Positions 49,541 through 60,075 are shown, counted from the stretch's first letter. The stretch: DNA of 64,000 bases from Candidatus Atabeyarchaeum deiterrae (GCA_037310415.1 CP147780.1:1920001-1984000); one strand, 5' to 3'. A program made the numbers and translations. The notes: a model not told the origin generated them from the letters alone.

Positions 49541-50716
49541 ATGAACTCTAGAGAACGAGTCATGGCTTCATTGAATCACCAAGAACCCGACATGATCCCT
49601 ATTGACCTCGGAGGAAACCAATCGGCTATTCACATTAATGCTTACAAGAATCTCCTGAATTATCTAAAGATTGAGGACGGGAATATTCGATACTGTGACT
49701 TTATTCAGCAAATCGCGTATCCATGCGAAGAGTTGTTGAAGCGCTTCGACGTTGACATACGGTGGTTGCGCCCACCGGCTTCACTTCTCCCTGAAGACTA
49801 CATTCCTCAGGTTGAGGGGAAATATCGGGGAATCTTCGATCAGTTCGGCGTATTCTGGGGAGACAGCGCTGAGAAGGACGTTAAGGATATTCTCTTCTAC
49901 GATCCATGCATCCACCCACTCAGCGACGCGAAGACCGTCCAAGAAATAAGGGAGTATAATTGGCCAGACGGCGCAGACAAGAAACCGCTCAGAGGACTGC
50001 GCGAACAAGCCAGATGGTTGAGAGAGAATACTACCTACGCTATTGCCGCGCCCCCGTTGGGTTGCATCTATGAATACGCAACTTTCCTATTCGGGTTCAA
50101 AACGGCGCTAAAACACCTACGGATAAACCCTGAACTCATCGTCGCCGCAATGGAAGAACTTGAGAAATACTGGACAGCCTATGCAACCACATACCTAAAT
50201 GAAGTCAAATTCGGCAACCAACACTATGTCGACGTCGTCGCAATCAACGGAGATTTAGCTGTGCAAAGTGGTCCGATCATGAATGTAGAGAAGGTCTACT
50301 CGCGATTCATTAAGCCTATAGAACACCGCTTTGCACTAAGGATACACGAACTTGCCAAGGTCAAGATCAGCTATCATTGTTGTGGGTCGATAGTCCAGTT
50401 CATACCACACTTCTCGGAGATTGGATACGACGCGGTAAACCCAGTGCAGGTTACTGCTTATGACATGGAGCCCTGCAGCCTGAAAAAGCGGTTCGGAGGG
50501 ATTATCACCTTCTGGGGGGGACTATGTGATACACAGCACACGCTTCCCTTTGGTTCTCCTGAGCAAATCCGTAATGAGGTGTCTCACAACATCACCTGCT
50601 TCAAAACTGGTGGAGGATACATTGCGTCAAATATCCACAACATGACCGCCGAGGTACCACCTCAAAACATAGCTGCAATGCTTCTTGCTGCAAGAGAATT
50701 GAGGCACTGTGACTAG
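49541..50716 (+). CDS. UroD-family protein (second methyltransferase-like subunit)
   Basis: MNSRERV..LNHQEPD, YHCCGS, NPVQ, FWGG..DTQ and HNM; starts immediately after the previous stop. Confidence 0.85.
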   Translation: MNSRERVMASLNHQEPDMIPIDLGGNQSAIHINAYKNLLNYLKIEDGNIRYCDFIQQIAYPCEELLKRFDVDIRWLRPPASLLPEDYIPQVEGKYRGIFDQFGVFWGDSAEKDVKDILFYDPCIHPLSDAKTVQEIREYNWPDGADKKPLRGLREQARWLRENTTYAIAAPPLGCIYEYATFLFGFKTALKHLRINPELIVAAMEELEKYWTAYATTYLNEVKFGNQHYVDVVAINGDLAVQSGPIMNVEKVYSRFIKPIEHRFALRIHELAKVKISYHCCGSIVQFIPHFSEIGYDAVNPVQVTAYDMEPCSLKKRFGGIITFWGGLCDTQHTLPFGSPEQIRNEVSHNITCFKTGGGYIASNIHNMTAEVPPQNIAAMLLAARELRHCD

Positions 50717-51021
50717 TAATTGGCAGCCTCAAGAACAAGTGCGGTGCTCAGTGAATTCGGCGAAACCCTTGAAATTCTTGAGTTCGAGACTCGATGTCGA
50801 GAAAAGAATAATCAAAGGAAAGCACAAGAAGTCATAGACAGCTGCCCACTGGGATCCTTTCTGGAAAAGCTTTTTACAAAATGTCCCTATTTCTTACATA
50901 GCATTCTTGTAGTTGAATTTCTCTCAGCCACGTTGTTCGCAGGCAAGGTCTGCGTCGCGTTGGTGTTGACCATTAGGAGAGAACATGAGCTATATCAAAT
51001 TCAAGGAGACGATGGGATCAA

Positions 51022-52464
51022 ATGACCTCGCTAGTTAGAAAGCAAGTCTATGACTATATTGATGAAAACCTCCCCGAACACCTAAAACGCCTGCAAGAAC
51101 TCGTTAGGCAGCCATCAATCTCAATGGAAAACAAAGGAATAAGAGAATGCGCAGAACTTGTGAAGGCATATTTCCAAGAGATCGGCTGCAACGAGACTTC
51201 AATTGTGGAAACCTCTCTGCACCCCGTAGTATACGGCGAATATGATGCGGGAGCCGACAAAACTGTCATTGTATACATGATGTACGATACAATGCCAGTG
51301 GAGGAACCCGGGTGGATAGTTGCGCCGCTAGATGGAAAGATCACTGACTTCGAATCATTTGGCAAATGCCTCGTTGCCAGGGGATCCTACAACACTAAGG
51401 GTCCCCTCGCTGCATTCATCAATGCATGTAGATCTATCAGGGAAGCAGACAAGGAGCTGCCAGTCAACCTGAAATTTGTTGCTGAAGGAGAAGAGGAACT
51501 CGGCAGCAAGCATCTACCTCAATTCATCGAGAAGTACAAACGCAAGCTTCAGGCGAGCGACGTAGTTTTCTTTCCAAGCACGGATCAAGACGGAAGCGGC
51601 AAGATCATAAACCAACTCGGGGTAAAAGGCATAATCTACTTCGAACTTGAACTTGACGGCAAGAGCTGGGGCTTCGGACCTACGGAGTGCGACATACATG
51701 GAAGCCACAAGGCCTGGGTGGACAGCCCAACGTGGAGGATGATAAATGCGCTAAGCTCAATGACGACACCCGACGGCAACAAGGTCCTCATAGAAGGATT
51801 CTACGATAACGTGATCCCTCCAAGTTCAGACGACTTGGAATTAGTACAGAAACTAACTAAGACATTTGATGAAAAGCCAATGAAGGAGATGCTCAGCGTC
51901 AAGAAATTCATAGACGACTCTCGGGGAAAAGAAGCGCTTCTAAAGTACCTGTATACCCCGTCGCTGAATATCAACGGAATATGGTCAGGTTACACGGGAC
52001 CTGGGACAAAGACAGTCCTCCCATGGAAGATAACCGCGAAAGTCGATGTCAGGCTTATCCCCAACATGACTGTGAAAGAGGTGCTACCGAAGATCAGAAG
52101 ACACCTTGACAAACATGGATTCAAGGAAATAAGAATAGTCGAACTTGAAGAAGGATACGGATGGGCGAAAACAAGCGTGAGACATCCAGCTGCGCAAGCG
52201 CTGATAAAAGCATACAAGGATTTCAACTATCCACTGGAAATCTGGCCGCATATAGCCGGAAGCGTCCCATTCAGCATGTTCAACCGCGAGCCTCTCAATT
52301 TGCCATTCATCATGGGCGGAGTCGGGCACGGAGGGAGATCACACTCTCCAAACGAATACTTGGTGGTAGAAGAAGGAGGAAAGGTCGGAGGATTGGCAAC
52401 CCTGGAGAAGTCCTATGCTGCAATCCTCTACAGCCTGGCTGAGATGAAAAGACCTGCACGATAG
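51022..52464 (+). CDS. M20/M25/M40 family metallo-hydrolase
   Basis: YDT.P, ARG, EGEEELGS, HGS and HSPNE; some metal ligands are substituted (MYD, NTKG). Confidence 0.88.
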   Translation: MTSLVRKQVYDYIDENLPEHLKRLQELVRQPSISMENKGIRECAELVKAYFQEIGCNETSIVETSLHPVVYGEYDAGADKTVIVYMMYDTMPVEEPGWIVAPLDGKITDFESFGKCLVARGSYNTKGPLAAFINACRSIREADKELPVNLKFVAEGEEELGSKHLPQFIEKYKRKLQASDVVFFPSTDQDGSGKIINQLGVKGIIYFELELDGKSWGFGPTECDIHGSHKAWVDSPTWRMINALSSMTTPDGNKVLIEGFYDNVIPPSSDDLELVQKLTKTFDEKPMKEMLSVKKFIDDSRGKEALLKYLYTPSLNINGIWSGYTGPGTKTVLPWKITAKVDVRLIPNMTVKEVLPKIRRHLDKHGFKEIRIVELEEGYGWAKTSVRHPAAQALIKAYKDFNYPLEIWPHIAGSVPFSMFNREPLNLPFIMGGVGHGGRSHSPNEYLVVEEGGKVGGLATLEKSYAAILYSLAEMKRPAR

Positions 52465-52614
52465 GAGAAGTTACGACCTCGCTTATTCCAGATCGATGTC
52501 TCAGCCCGACAATTGATGGGGGGCGCGATTATGCCATTTCATTTTATTCTCATAACGGTTATGAATGAGTCGATTTTCTTGATTCATCTCGAGAAGGTCT
52601 CTTATCGTTTCTTC

Positions 52615-53988
52615 CTACACAGATCTGGATCTGCGACGTACCCTGTCATGACGGTTCACTCTGACTGGTTTGACGACACGCTTGCTTCTCGCATGTTTCA
52701 AGGCTAGGCAGACATCTAGGAGCACGGCTACAGCTACCATAACCACGCATAAAATGACGGTCACGCCTGTCATATCTGGGCCTGGTTGTGCATTGGGCTG
52801 TGTCTTCTCAGGGAGTGGACCTTCACTCATAACTGAAGGATAGATGAAGTTGGGCAAGATGTAGAACGATGGATCGGGTCCATCATGAAAAGAGTCGGCT
52901 GTGAATATGACTACAAGGTCATAGCGTGAAACGACAAATATATGTTGACCTCCGTACCCGCTGGCGAAGTAGCAGTGGATCGAAGGATATGTCCACCACT
53001 GATATCCATACCCAAAGCTATCGGGTACATTGGGATTTGTCAGTGCTTGACGAAGCGACGTGTTTGTTGACTCTGCCACCCAACTAGCAGAAACGATTTC
53101 CTTGCCGTCCCATGTGCCGTTGTTCAGCATCAAATATCCTACTCTGGTCATGTCGCGAGGAGTCATATATAGCCCGCCCTGTGTCTGGTAGTAGCCACCT
53201 GGAGCTGTATCCCATCTAACATATCCTACTCCAATCGGGTCAAAGAGGAACTTGCGTGCGAAGGACTCTACAGTATAGTTAGAGACCTGATGGATAATTA
53301 CTCCAAGCAGAAAAGAAGCGCCAGAGCAGTAGACCCATTTCTGACCGGGTTGACATTCCATAGGAGTATCAAGAACATACTGAGCCCAATTTGCGCTTCT
53401 ATACATCGCGCCGAGTGAGTTCCACGGGTCTTCGATGGGCAGCGTCCATTCATCCCAAGCTAGTCCTGTGGTCATTGTGAGCAAGTGTCGGAGTGTCATG
53501 TTCTGCTTGAGTGAATCGAGATTCGTGATCCGCCAACTAGGGAAGAAATCTACGACCTTCTGGCTAATGTTCTTTATGAATCCTTTGTCTATAGCGATTC
53601 CTATGAGAATTGAAGCGATACTCTTCGCTGCGGACTGTAGGTGATGGCATAGCTTGTAGTGATAACCGTCCAAATATGCCTCGCACACCACATATCCGTG
53701 ACGGACGATGATAAACGAGTCCGTTGGATAGATGTTATCGTTAATATATGCAATCGCATTGTCAAGATAAAGTGAATTCATTCCCTGTCTTTCTGGCGTG
53801 GAACTCTGCCAGCTCTCTGTTGGCCAGTACTCCCGTGAAACAGCACCGTACTGGATCGGGCTACTACCTGTGAAGCCCCCTGCTTCGATTCCAGCGACTG
53901 CTACTATCGCCGCAGCAGACGTGAGGACTAAAGCAGCGAGGAATAAAGAGAGAATTGCCCTCCTCGATCTGCTCGAACACTGGTTCAC
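52615..53988 (-). CDS. Beta-lactamase-like serine hydrolase, exported with a C-terminal membrane anchor
   Basis: SAAK (SxxK), LLTMTTG, YCS, YGYQWW and ASGYGGQ; hydrophobic segments at both ends. Confidence 0.88.
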   Translation of the reverse strand: MNQCSSRSRRAILSLFLAALVLTSAAAIVAVAGIEAGGFTGSSPIQYGAVSREYWPTESWQSSTPERQGMNSLYLDNAIAYINDNIYPTDSFIIVRHGYVVCEAYLDGYHYKLCHHLQSAAKSIASILIGIAIDKGFIKNISQKVVDFFPSWRITNLDSLKQNMTLRHLLTMTTGLAWDEWTLPIEDPWNSLGAMYRSANWAQYVLDTPMECQPGQKWVYCSGASFLLGVIIHQVSNYTVESFARKFLFDPIGVGYVRWDTAPGGYYQTQGGLYMTPRDMTRVGYLMLNNGTWDGKEIVSASWVAESTNTSLRQALTNPNVPDSFGYGYQWWTYPSIHCYFASGYGGQHIFVVSRYDLVVIFTADSFHDGPDPSFYILPNFIYPSVMSEGPLPEKTQPNAQPGPDMTGVTVILCVVMVAVAVLLDVCLALKHARSKRVVKPVRVNRHDRVRRRSRSV

Positions 53989-54398
53989 AGTAATCTCCTC
54001 AAAGCAGGATAGCCTTTTCGGGTCGTGCTTCACCAATATCACGATTCTGCAGCAGCGGGCATTTAACCCTTGTCTCTGATATTATGTAATATTGAGGTTC
54101 TAATGCGTCGATGTCCCAGCTTTTTCTTGATACTAGGTAATATTCTTGCGTTAGGATTGCAGAAGAAGCATGTCGAATAATGTGTCTACCTCTTATGCGA
54201 TGCAAAACACAGCACAATAGTCTGGTTTGACGCTCGGAAAAAGCCCACTAATAATGCAGCTCTCAGCTCATTTCTACATTGCACGACAGATTGACATAGA
54301 TTCTGCATCGATTGTCTGTCAAAAAAGGACAAAGCAGGGCTTAAAACCCTTGAGTTTGTAAATAGAGTTGACAATGCAGAAGGATCGGTGACTGGGAA

Positions 54399-54929
54399 TT
54401 GAGCCGAGTCAATCATATTTGGATCAAACGAAGCTACGAGAATTGTAGCGGTTGCAGAAGATGCGAGATTGCTTGTGCGCTTTCTCATGAAGGAAAGACA
54501 TGGCCTGAAGCTTCGAGAATAAGAGTCTTCATGTATGTCCCAGGAGTCGAGATTCCCCACTTATGCTTTCAATGCGAGGATTACCCTTGTGTCCAAGCAT
54601 GTCCAGAAGAGGCACTGTCCGTAAACACCGGGACTGGAGCAGTGAATGTAGACAACTCAAAGTGCACCGCATGCGCCACATGCATTGAGGCGTGCCCCGG
54701 ACACGTTCCGCACATGCATCCAAAAGAAAACCACATAGTTATCTGCGACCTATGCGATGGAAAACCAAAGTGTGCTGAAGCATGCCAAGCAGGCCGATGG
54801 AACACGCTGAAGATTGTTCAAAGGGACAAAAAGGTTTCCTACAAGGCGCTAGCAAAGACGCCAGATGAGCTCACACATGAAGTGGCGAAGCAGGTGCTGG
54901 GCGAAGAAATTACCAAGGAGGTCCTGTAA
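54399..54929 (+). CDS. 4Fe-4S multicluster electron-transfer subunit of AOR
   Basis: Four CxxCxxC-type motifs; ends 2 nt before the aor start. Confidence 0.9.
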   Translation: MSRVNHIWIKRSYENCSGCRRCEIACALSHEGKTWPEASRIRVFMYVPGVEIPHLCFQCEDYPCVQACPEEALSVNTGTGAVNVDNSKCTACATCIEACPGHVPHMHPKENHIVICDLCDGKPKCAEACQAGRWNTLKIVQRDKKVSYKALAKTPDELTHEVAKQVLGEEITKEVL

Positions 54930-54931
54930 CA

Positions 54932-56797
54932 ATGAGGGGCTACGCAGGGAGATATCTGGAAATAGACTTATCCAGCGGGAGTAGCAAGGAAGCAACATTT
55001 CCAGATCAAGTTCTGAAGGATTACATCGGCGGAAGAGGGTTAGCCACCAAAATCCTATGGGACAGGCTTGGCAGAAAGTGGGAAACGGTAGATCCATTCA
55101 GTCCAGAAAACATACTCCTTGTCATGACAGGTCCCCTGACTGGATATGTTCCGGGAACAAAAGTCTGCGTCGCTGGAAAATCGCCTCAGAGTAACGGAGT
55201 AATAGGCTCAACGGTGGCTGGCGAATTCGGAGTAGAGCTAAAATGCGCTGGCTGCGATGGTCTCATAATAACTGGGAAAGCCGAGAAGCCAAGCTACATT
55301 TTCATATGTGATAACCATGTCGAAATCAAAGACGCCTCCCAAATATGGGGCAAGAAGGGAAGGGAAACCTATCGTTTCCTAGTCAAAAAGTCAGTTGAAG
55401 ACATCAAAGCTATTAGGCCAAATCATGGCGAAGTAAAGGAGCCTGCAATTCTCTATGCGGGACCAGCGGGAGAGAACATGACTAGGGTTGCAGCAGTAAT
55501 GTCAAAGTACGCCCATGCCGCAGGCTACGGTGGGTATGGCGGAGTCATGGGATCTAAAAACCTTAAAGCAGTAGTTGCCAAGGGCTTCGGCCCACTGCCA
55601 GACATAGAATCAAAGGAAAAAGTTCAGCAAATGTATCAAGACTTTTCGAAAAGGAATTTCCAAATCGAAGGATTCAGGCGCTATGGAACTGGAAGTGGAG
55701 GGTATACAACTGGAGCCGACATGAGTTCTGAGCCAGTCAGAAACTGGCAGGAAGAATGGCACAACGAGAAGAGCTATAAGGGTGAAGAATTCGACAAGCA
55801 CTGGGTCAAGAAATACTGGGGGGACTTCGGCTGTCCAGTCACGTGCTTGAAGCTTGCAGTACTGAAAGGAGGCAAATTCAAAGGAGCAGTGTGCGACAAT
55901 CCAGACTATGAACTTGAAGCTTTCCTGGGGGCAAACCTCGGAATATTCGATCCAGAACAAGATATCTACTTGTCATATTTGGTCAATGAACTCGGACTAT
56001 GTGGGATTCAAGGCGGGTCAGCGCTAGGATTCGCAGCGGATCTTTACCAAAGGGGAATACTAACCGAGGAAGATCTTGATGGAATAGATCTAAAATGGGG
56101 AAACGTCAAAGCCTTCGAAACCCTAGCGGAGAAAGTAGCTCTAAGACAAGGAATCGGCGACACGTTAGCTGAAGGTGTCTACAGAGCGGCTCTGAAGCTT
56201 GGCAAAAAGAAAGGTATAGACCTAATGAAATATGCGGTTCACTCGAAGGGCGTATCCATAGGAGCGCATGGAATCAGAAGTGGACATGACTTCCTCGCAA
56301 AGAATATTGGCTACGCGGTCTCGGTTCAAGGCGGAGATCACACATCATCCACCAACCTTCCACTCGACGACAGCGAACTGTCCACGATATTCGCGGACTC
56401 ATCCACCTACTGCTTCTTCACAACATTCGGAATCGAAGACAAAGAACTATTCAAGTTATATGAAGCGGTAACCGGATGGAAACTACCAGACTCGGAATGG
56501 TACAAGAAGAAAGCCTTAAGGATATTACACCTGCAAAGAACCATGCTCCTACTGGGCGGTCCAGACGCGAAATGGAAACCTAAAGTTGATGATGACAACC
56601 CTCCGAGATTCTGGGAGCCACTGCCCTCAGGACCATACAAAGGAAAAACCGTGAACCGAAAGAAGTTTGAAGAAGACAGACTCAAATATTACAGGGCGGT
56701 TGGCTGGGACAAGAACGGTGTACCAAGACTCGCAGTGCTAAAAAGGCTGGGCTTGGAGAACGTGGAAGCGAAGCTCAAGAACATACGTCGCGACTAA
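54932..56797 (+). CDS. aor: Tungsten aldehyde:ferredoxin oxidoreductase family protein
   Basis: GKSPQ, AGPAGEN, GGVMGSKNLKA, DFGCPVTC, PDYE and GGDH. Confidence 0.9.
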   Translation: MRGYAGRYLEIDLSSGSSKEATFPDQVLKDYIGGRGLATKILWDRLGRKWETVDPFSPENILLVMTGPLTGYVPGTKVCVAGKSPQSNGVIGSTVAGEFGVELKCAGCDGLIITGKAEKPSYIFICDNHVEIKDASQIWGKKGRETYRFLVKKSVEDIKAIRPNHGEVKEPAILYAGPAGENMTRVAAVMSKYAHAAGYGGYGGVMGSKNLKAVVAKGFGPLPDIESKEKVQQMYQDFSKRNFQIEGFRRYGTGSGGYTTGADMSSEPVRNWQEEWHNEKSYKGEEFDKHWVKKYWGDFGCPVTCLKLAVLKGGKFKGAVCDNPDYELEAFLGANLGIFDPEQDIYLSYLVNELGLCGIQGGSALGFAADLYQRGILTEEDLDGIDLKWGNVKAFETLAEKVALRQGIGDTLAEGVYRAALKLGKKKGIDLMKYAVHSKGVSIGAHGIRSGHDFLAKNIGYAVSVQGGDHTSSTNLPLDDSELSTIFADSSTYCFFTTFGIEDKELFKLYEAVTGWKLPDSEWYKKKALRILHLQRTMLLLGGPDAKWKPKVDDDNPPRFWEPLPSGPYKGKTVNRKKFEEDRLKYYRAVGWDKNGVPRLAVLKRLGLENVEAKLKNIRRD

Positions 56798-57056
56798 CAG
56801 TTACGGTTTGAAGAACTATGGTGAGATGCTTCTTGAGGACAGTGACCAAAAAGTAGGTCGGTGCTCGACACGGTATTAGGATGGTATCGGAAGTAATTCC
56901 GACGTGGCGGCGCAAGTCAAATCGAGCCGAGGATTCATCTAATTCCTTCAGGAGGTTCGTCGCTTGCGAAGACCATAGTCTCGGCGAAACGTATTCATGC
57001 ATAGCTCTATGTTTAACTAGTCGTCTCGCAACTAACTACCGAGGGGAACAATCTAA

Positions 57057-58433
57057 TTGACTGACCTGATCGCACATGGGGGAAAGCGATTGGACCAACC
57101 AACCTTGACGGGCCTCAAGGCTTGTGGCATAAGTCAGATTGCTCTAGCGACTTCCGCAGCCGTTTCCTCCATAGCGTACCGTGTGGTCGTGCTATCGAGT
57201 CCCCCAGCATACGACTACGCCACGATTCTTCTGCCTGTGGGAATCGCCACCTCCATAATCTTCCTAATCTTCGCAGCAGCACAGACAGTTTCCGCAAGTA
57301 TGATGCGTCGAGTTCTAGAAGATTATAGAGTAGGAGTTTACGGCGGCATATCCGGCACGGTGGTCGGTGTAACAGGCTTGGTGTACAGTGTGCTCGCAAT
57401 CCTTGGAGTGACTACAACCACCATTCACTCCCCCTCTGGAGACTACTCTATTCCAAACATCCTCGGCGTAGCTTTGCCTATTGTCTATAATGCATCTTTG
57501 GCTCTGACATTGGTCTTAATGGGCATGTTCTTTATCAGTAGTCGAAGACAATTTTCAAGGGGAGAACTCTGGCTAATTACGGGAGCAATCTATATCCTCG
57601 AGGGCGCGTCACAACTCGGGTTCTCTTCCAGCCCCTTCATCTCCCTTTACTACTACCTACCCACCGGTCTAATTCTAAGTGGCGTTCTCGGTGCAACATG
57701 TCTGCTAGCAGGCACTTGGCACCAGATAAAAGGTCAGAGCAGCGAGGTGAGAAAAAGGGTGAACGGTTCACCCGTAGATCTATGGGTTGAAGGGCTGGGG
57801 CGACGCGAACTCTCCTTAGGCGCGCTCAGTCAGATTCTTCTCGCAGTCTCCTTGGGAGCATCGCTTATCCCATTCGCAGCATCGGTACTCATAGGGGGTT
57901 CAACTCATTACTTCCAGAGCGCTGCGCCCGCGGGTCTTGCAGGCTCCATGATTCTTCTCATGTCATCGGTTTTACTCTGGATTTCCATGAGGAGAATAGC
58001 GCGGAGAACCAGAGGCGGAAGAAACAAACTGGGTTATGCTAGCGTTTACATAGAACTGGCAGCCGCCATCACTGGAGCTTTCTACTACGGACTGACTATA
58101 TTGGAGGTCACAATAACAACTGATGTTTTTGGCACTAATTCGGATCTTAATTTACCAGGTGTTGCAATGTTCTTTGCATACTTGGGGCTATTAGGGACAT
58201 TCCTACTCATCATCGGCGCTTTCTTTTTGGTGAACGCGAAGCATTCTCTGCATAGCGATTTCTGGATCGCTTCCGGCTTGTCCTACATGATCATCGGGTC
58301 CCTGCAGTTCCTGCAATATAACGCGTCAAACATGTCGTACAATGCGGCGGGAATTATCATTGCCGGACTACTTGGAGCAGCGATCTTTATATTGGAAAAA
58401 GGGTTGGGCGAGCGCGATGGCGTATCTGAGTAA
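57057..58433 (+). CDS. Polytopic membrane protein built from two homologous halves
   Basis: About 12 TM; halves align (GISQIALA/ALSQILLA, NILGVAL/NLPGVAM, GLILSGVLGA/GIIIAGLLGA). Confidence 0.75.
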   Translation: MTDLIAHGGKRLDQPTLTGLKACGISQIALATSAAVSSIAYRVVVLSSPPAYDYATILLPVGIATSIIFLIFAAAQTVSASMMRRVLEDYRVGVYGGISGTVVGVTGLVYSVLAILGVTTTTIHSPSGDYSIPNILGVALPIVYNASLALTLVLMGMFFISSRRQFSRGELWLITGAIYILEGASQLGFSSSPFISLYYYLPTGLILSGVLGATCLLAGTWHQIKGQSSEVRKRVNGSPVDLWVEGLGRRELSLGALSQILLAVSLGASLIPFAASVLIGGSTHYFQSAAPAGLAGSMILLMSSVLLWISMRRIARRTRGGRNKLGYASVYIELAAAITGAFYYGLTILEVTITTDVFGTNSDLNLPGVAMFFAYLGLLGTFLLIIGAFFLVNAKHSLHSDFWIASGLSYMIIGSLQFLQYNASNMSYNAAGIIIAGLLGAAIFILEKGLGERDGVSE

Positions 58434-58489
58434 GCGTTGACTAATTTGACAATGTATTGATTTCAGAATCTCTACTCGCCACGGTTTTT

Positions 58490-59218
58490 TCAGTCAATCC
58501 CCTTGTTTCCATATCGATTATGGTGGGTGAACCCTTCTATGTCGCGGCGCACCCTCATGTATCTAGCTGGCGCAGAGATGGTATATCCCAGTCGGCTAGT
58601 GTAGGCGATCTTCATGTATTCGGGGATGTTCAGAATCTGTCTTACCTCTTTCTCTATGGGTTTGGCGCTAAAGACACTCAATATCTGAAGGCTAATTCCC
58701 AAGGAGTGGGCCATGAGCCACATGTTCTCCATAACGCAACCCAAACTCATAATACCCAAAACATCCCCTTCCGAAGCAGGTGCCCTCTTCCTGGAATCAT
58801 GAATAAGAATCAACAGCATCGGACTACCCCTGATTGATTGGTTCAATAGCGAAGGGGCGCTTTCGCGAACGACCTCATCCAGTTTAGCAGGATTTCTCCA
58901 TGACGGCGGAAACATTGTGCCAAGTATTCCAACTTTCTTCCTCAGCAACTCCTCTTCGGAGAGCGTGAGCTGCTCATAGTTCTCACGAAGAAACTCGGCC
59001 GAAATACGAGACTTAATGTTTCCTATCTTTTCGAGAAGCTCTTTGTCATCAACGACGAGGATCTCGAAGTTCTGCATGTTATGAGCCGTTGGTGCCCACC
59101 TCCCTGCTTCCAAGACCTTCCTCAGATCCTCCTTATCGACAGGGCGATTCGGATCAAAGGGAACCCTGGTGGATTGTCTTTGTTGCATGAGTTTCAAGAC
59201 ATCACTCAAATTGATCAT
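58490..59218 (-). CDS. Nitroreductase family protein
   Basis: RQSTR, WAPTAHNMQ, ENMWLMAHSLG and RLGY motifs. Confidence 0.88.
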   Translation of the reverse strand: MINLSDVLKLMQQRQSTRVPFDPNRPVDKEDLRKVLEAGRWAPTAHNMQNFEILVVDDKELLEKIGNIKSRISAEFLRENYEQLTLSEEELLRKKVGILGTMFPPSWRNPAKLDEVVRESAPSLLNQSIRGSPMLLILIHDSRKRAPASEGDVLGIMSLGCVMENMWLMAHSLGISLQILSVFSAKPIEKEVRQILNIPEYMKIAYTSRLGYTISAPARYMRVRRDIEGFTHHNRYGNKGID

Positions 59219-59274
59219 CTCCGTCTTCGAAAACACTAAGTATCCTGGGCATGTAACGGAAAAAGTGTTTCTCT

Positions 59275-59988
59275 CTATCTCTTCAGAGTCTTTCTGAAGA
59301 ACGCCACAGTTCTGTTCCATGCGTCTTTTGCTGCTTCGGTTCTATAGCTCTCTCTAGTATCATTGAAGAAGGCGTGAGGCGCTCCCGGATAGACCTTTAT
59401 ATCGAATTTCTTTCCGTATTTGGTCAGCGCTGCCCTTAGCGCGTCAATATCAGCCTTAGTTAAGCCAGGGTCAGCTCCGCCATAGTTACCGAGAATTGGG
59501 CAAGAAAGGTTCTTCACAGAATCCAATGGTGTTGGGTTTCTCCCATAGAATATTACAGCTGCAGCTAATTCCTTGCTATGTAAGGCCAGGGATAGGGAAA
59601 GCCACCCACCCATACAGAATCCGATGGAACCGATCCGATCAGGATTGACAAAGTCTAATGTCTTCAGGTAAGCGACAGCCGCCTTCAAGTCTCCCAAGAT
59701 CTTTTCTTCAGACAACTCTTGTCGGATCTTGAATCCATCTTCTATTCTTGATGCTGTTTTGCCTTCGAATAGATCAACTGCGAGGGCTGCATATCCCTCT
59801 TTGGCAAACCTCTCTGCGACGTCCTCGATATGCCTTACAAGACCCCAAACCTCATGGATGACGATCACACCGGGGAACTTGTCAGCGCCCTTTGGTCTAA
59901 CTAGATATCCCTTGGTGTTCTTAGCCTTGTTTCCACCAGGAAACTCCACACGACTCATGGTAATTTCTCTAGCTTGCCCCGCTTCCAT
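59275..59988 (-). CDS. Dienelactone hydrolase family protein
   Basis: HEVWGL, GFCMGG and YPGAPHAFFN motifs. Confidence 0.92.
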   Translation of the reverse strand: MEAGQAREITMSRVEFPGGNKAKNTKGYLVRPKGADKFPGVIVIHEVWGLVRHIEDVAERFAKEGYAALAVDLFEGKTASRIEDGFKIRQELSEEKILGDLKAAVAYLKTLDFVNPDRIGSIGFCMGGWLSLSLALHSKELAAAVIFYGRNPTPLDSVKNLSCPILGNYGGADPGLTKADIDALRAALTKYGKKFDIKVYPGAPHAFFNDTRESYRTEAAKDAWNRTVAFFRKTLKR

Positions 59989-60075
59989 ATAGACGCCTCA
60001 ACCTTAGCAATTCCTCACCTTACCTAAAAACTGTTATGTAGGAGACGAGAAAATAGCCATGTATGGTGGGCTCAC

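Noticed and set aside
48497-50716. Calling the UroD-fold genes hemE
   Set aside because: They lack the HemE RQAGR motif, carry Zn-binding HxC motifs and sit beside a corrinoid protein.
50720-51025. Intergenic ORFs 50720-51025, 43376-43660, 29053-29259, 5776-6087 and 56775-57002
   Set aside because: No recognisable motifs or convincing starts; some overlap promoter regions or real genes.
54284-54375. TTGACA-containing inverted repeat and SurR-like GTT-n3-AAC pattern upstream of the second AOR operon
   Set aside because: The matches are imperfect with wrong spacing and cannot be told from chance.
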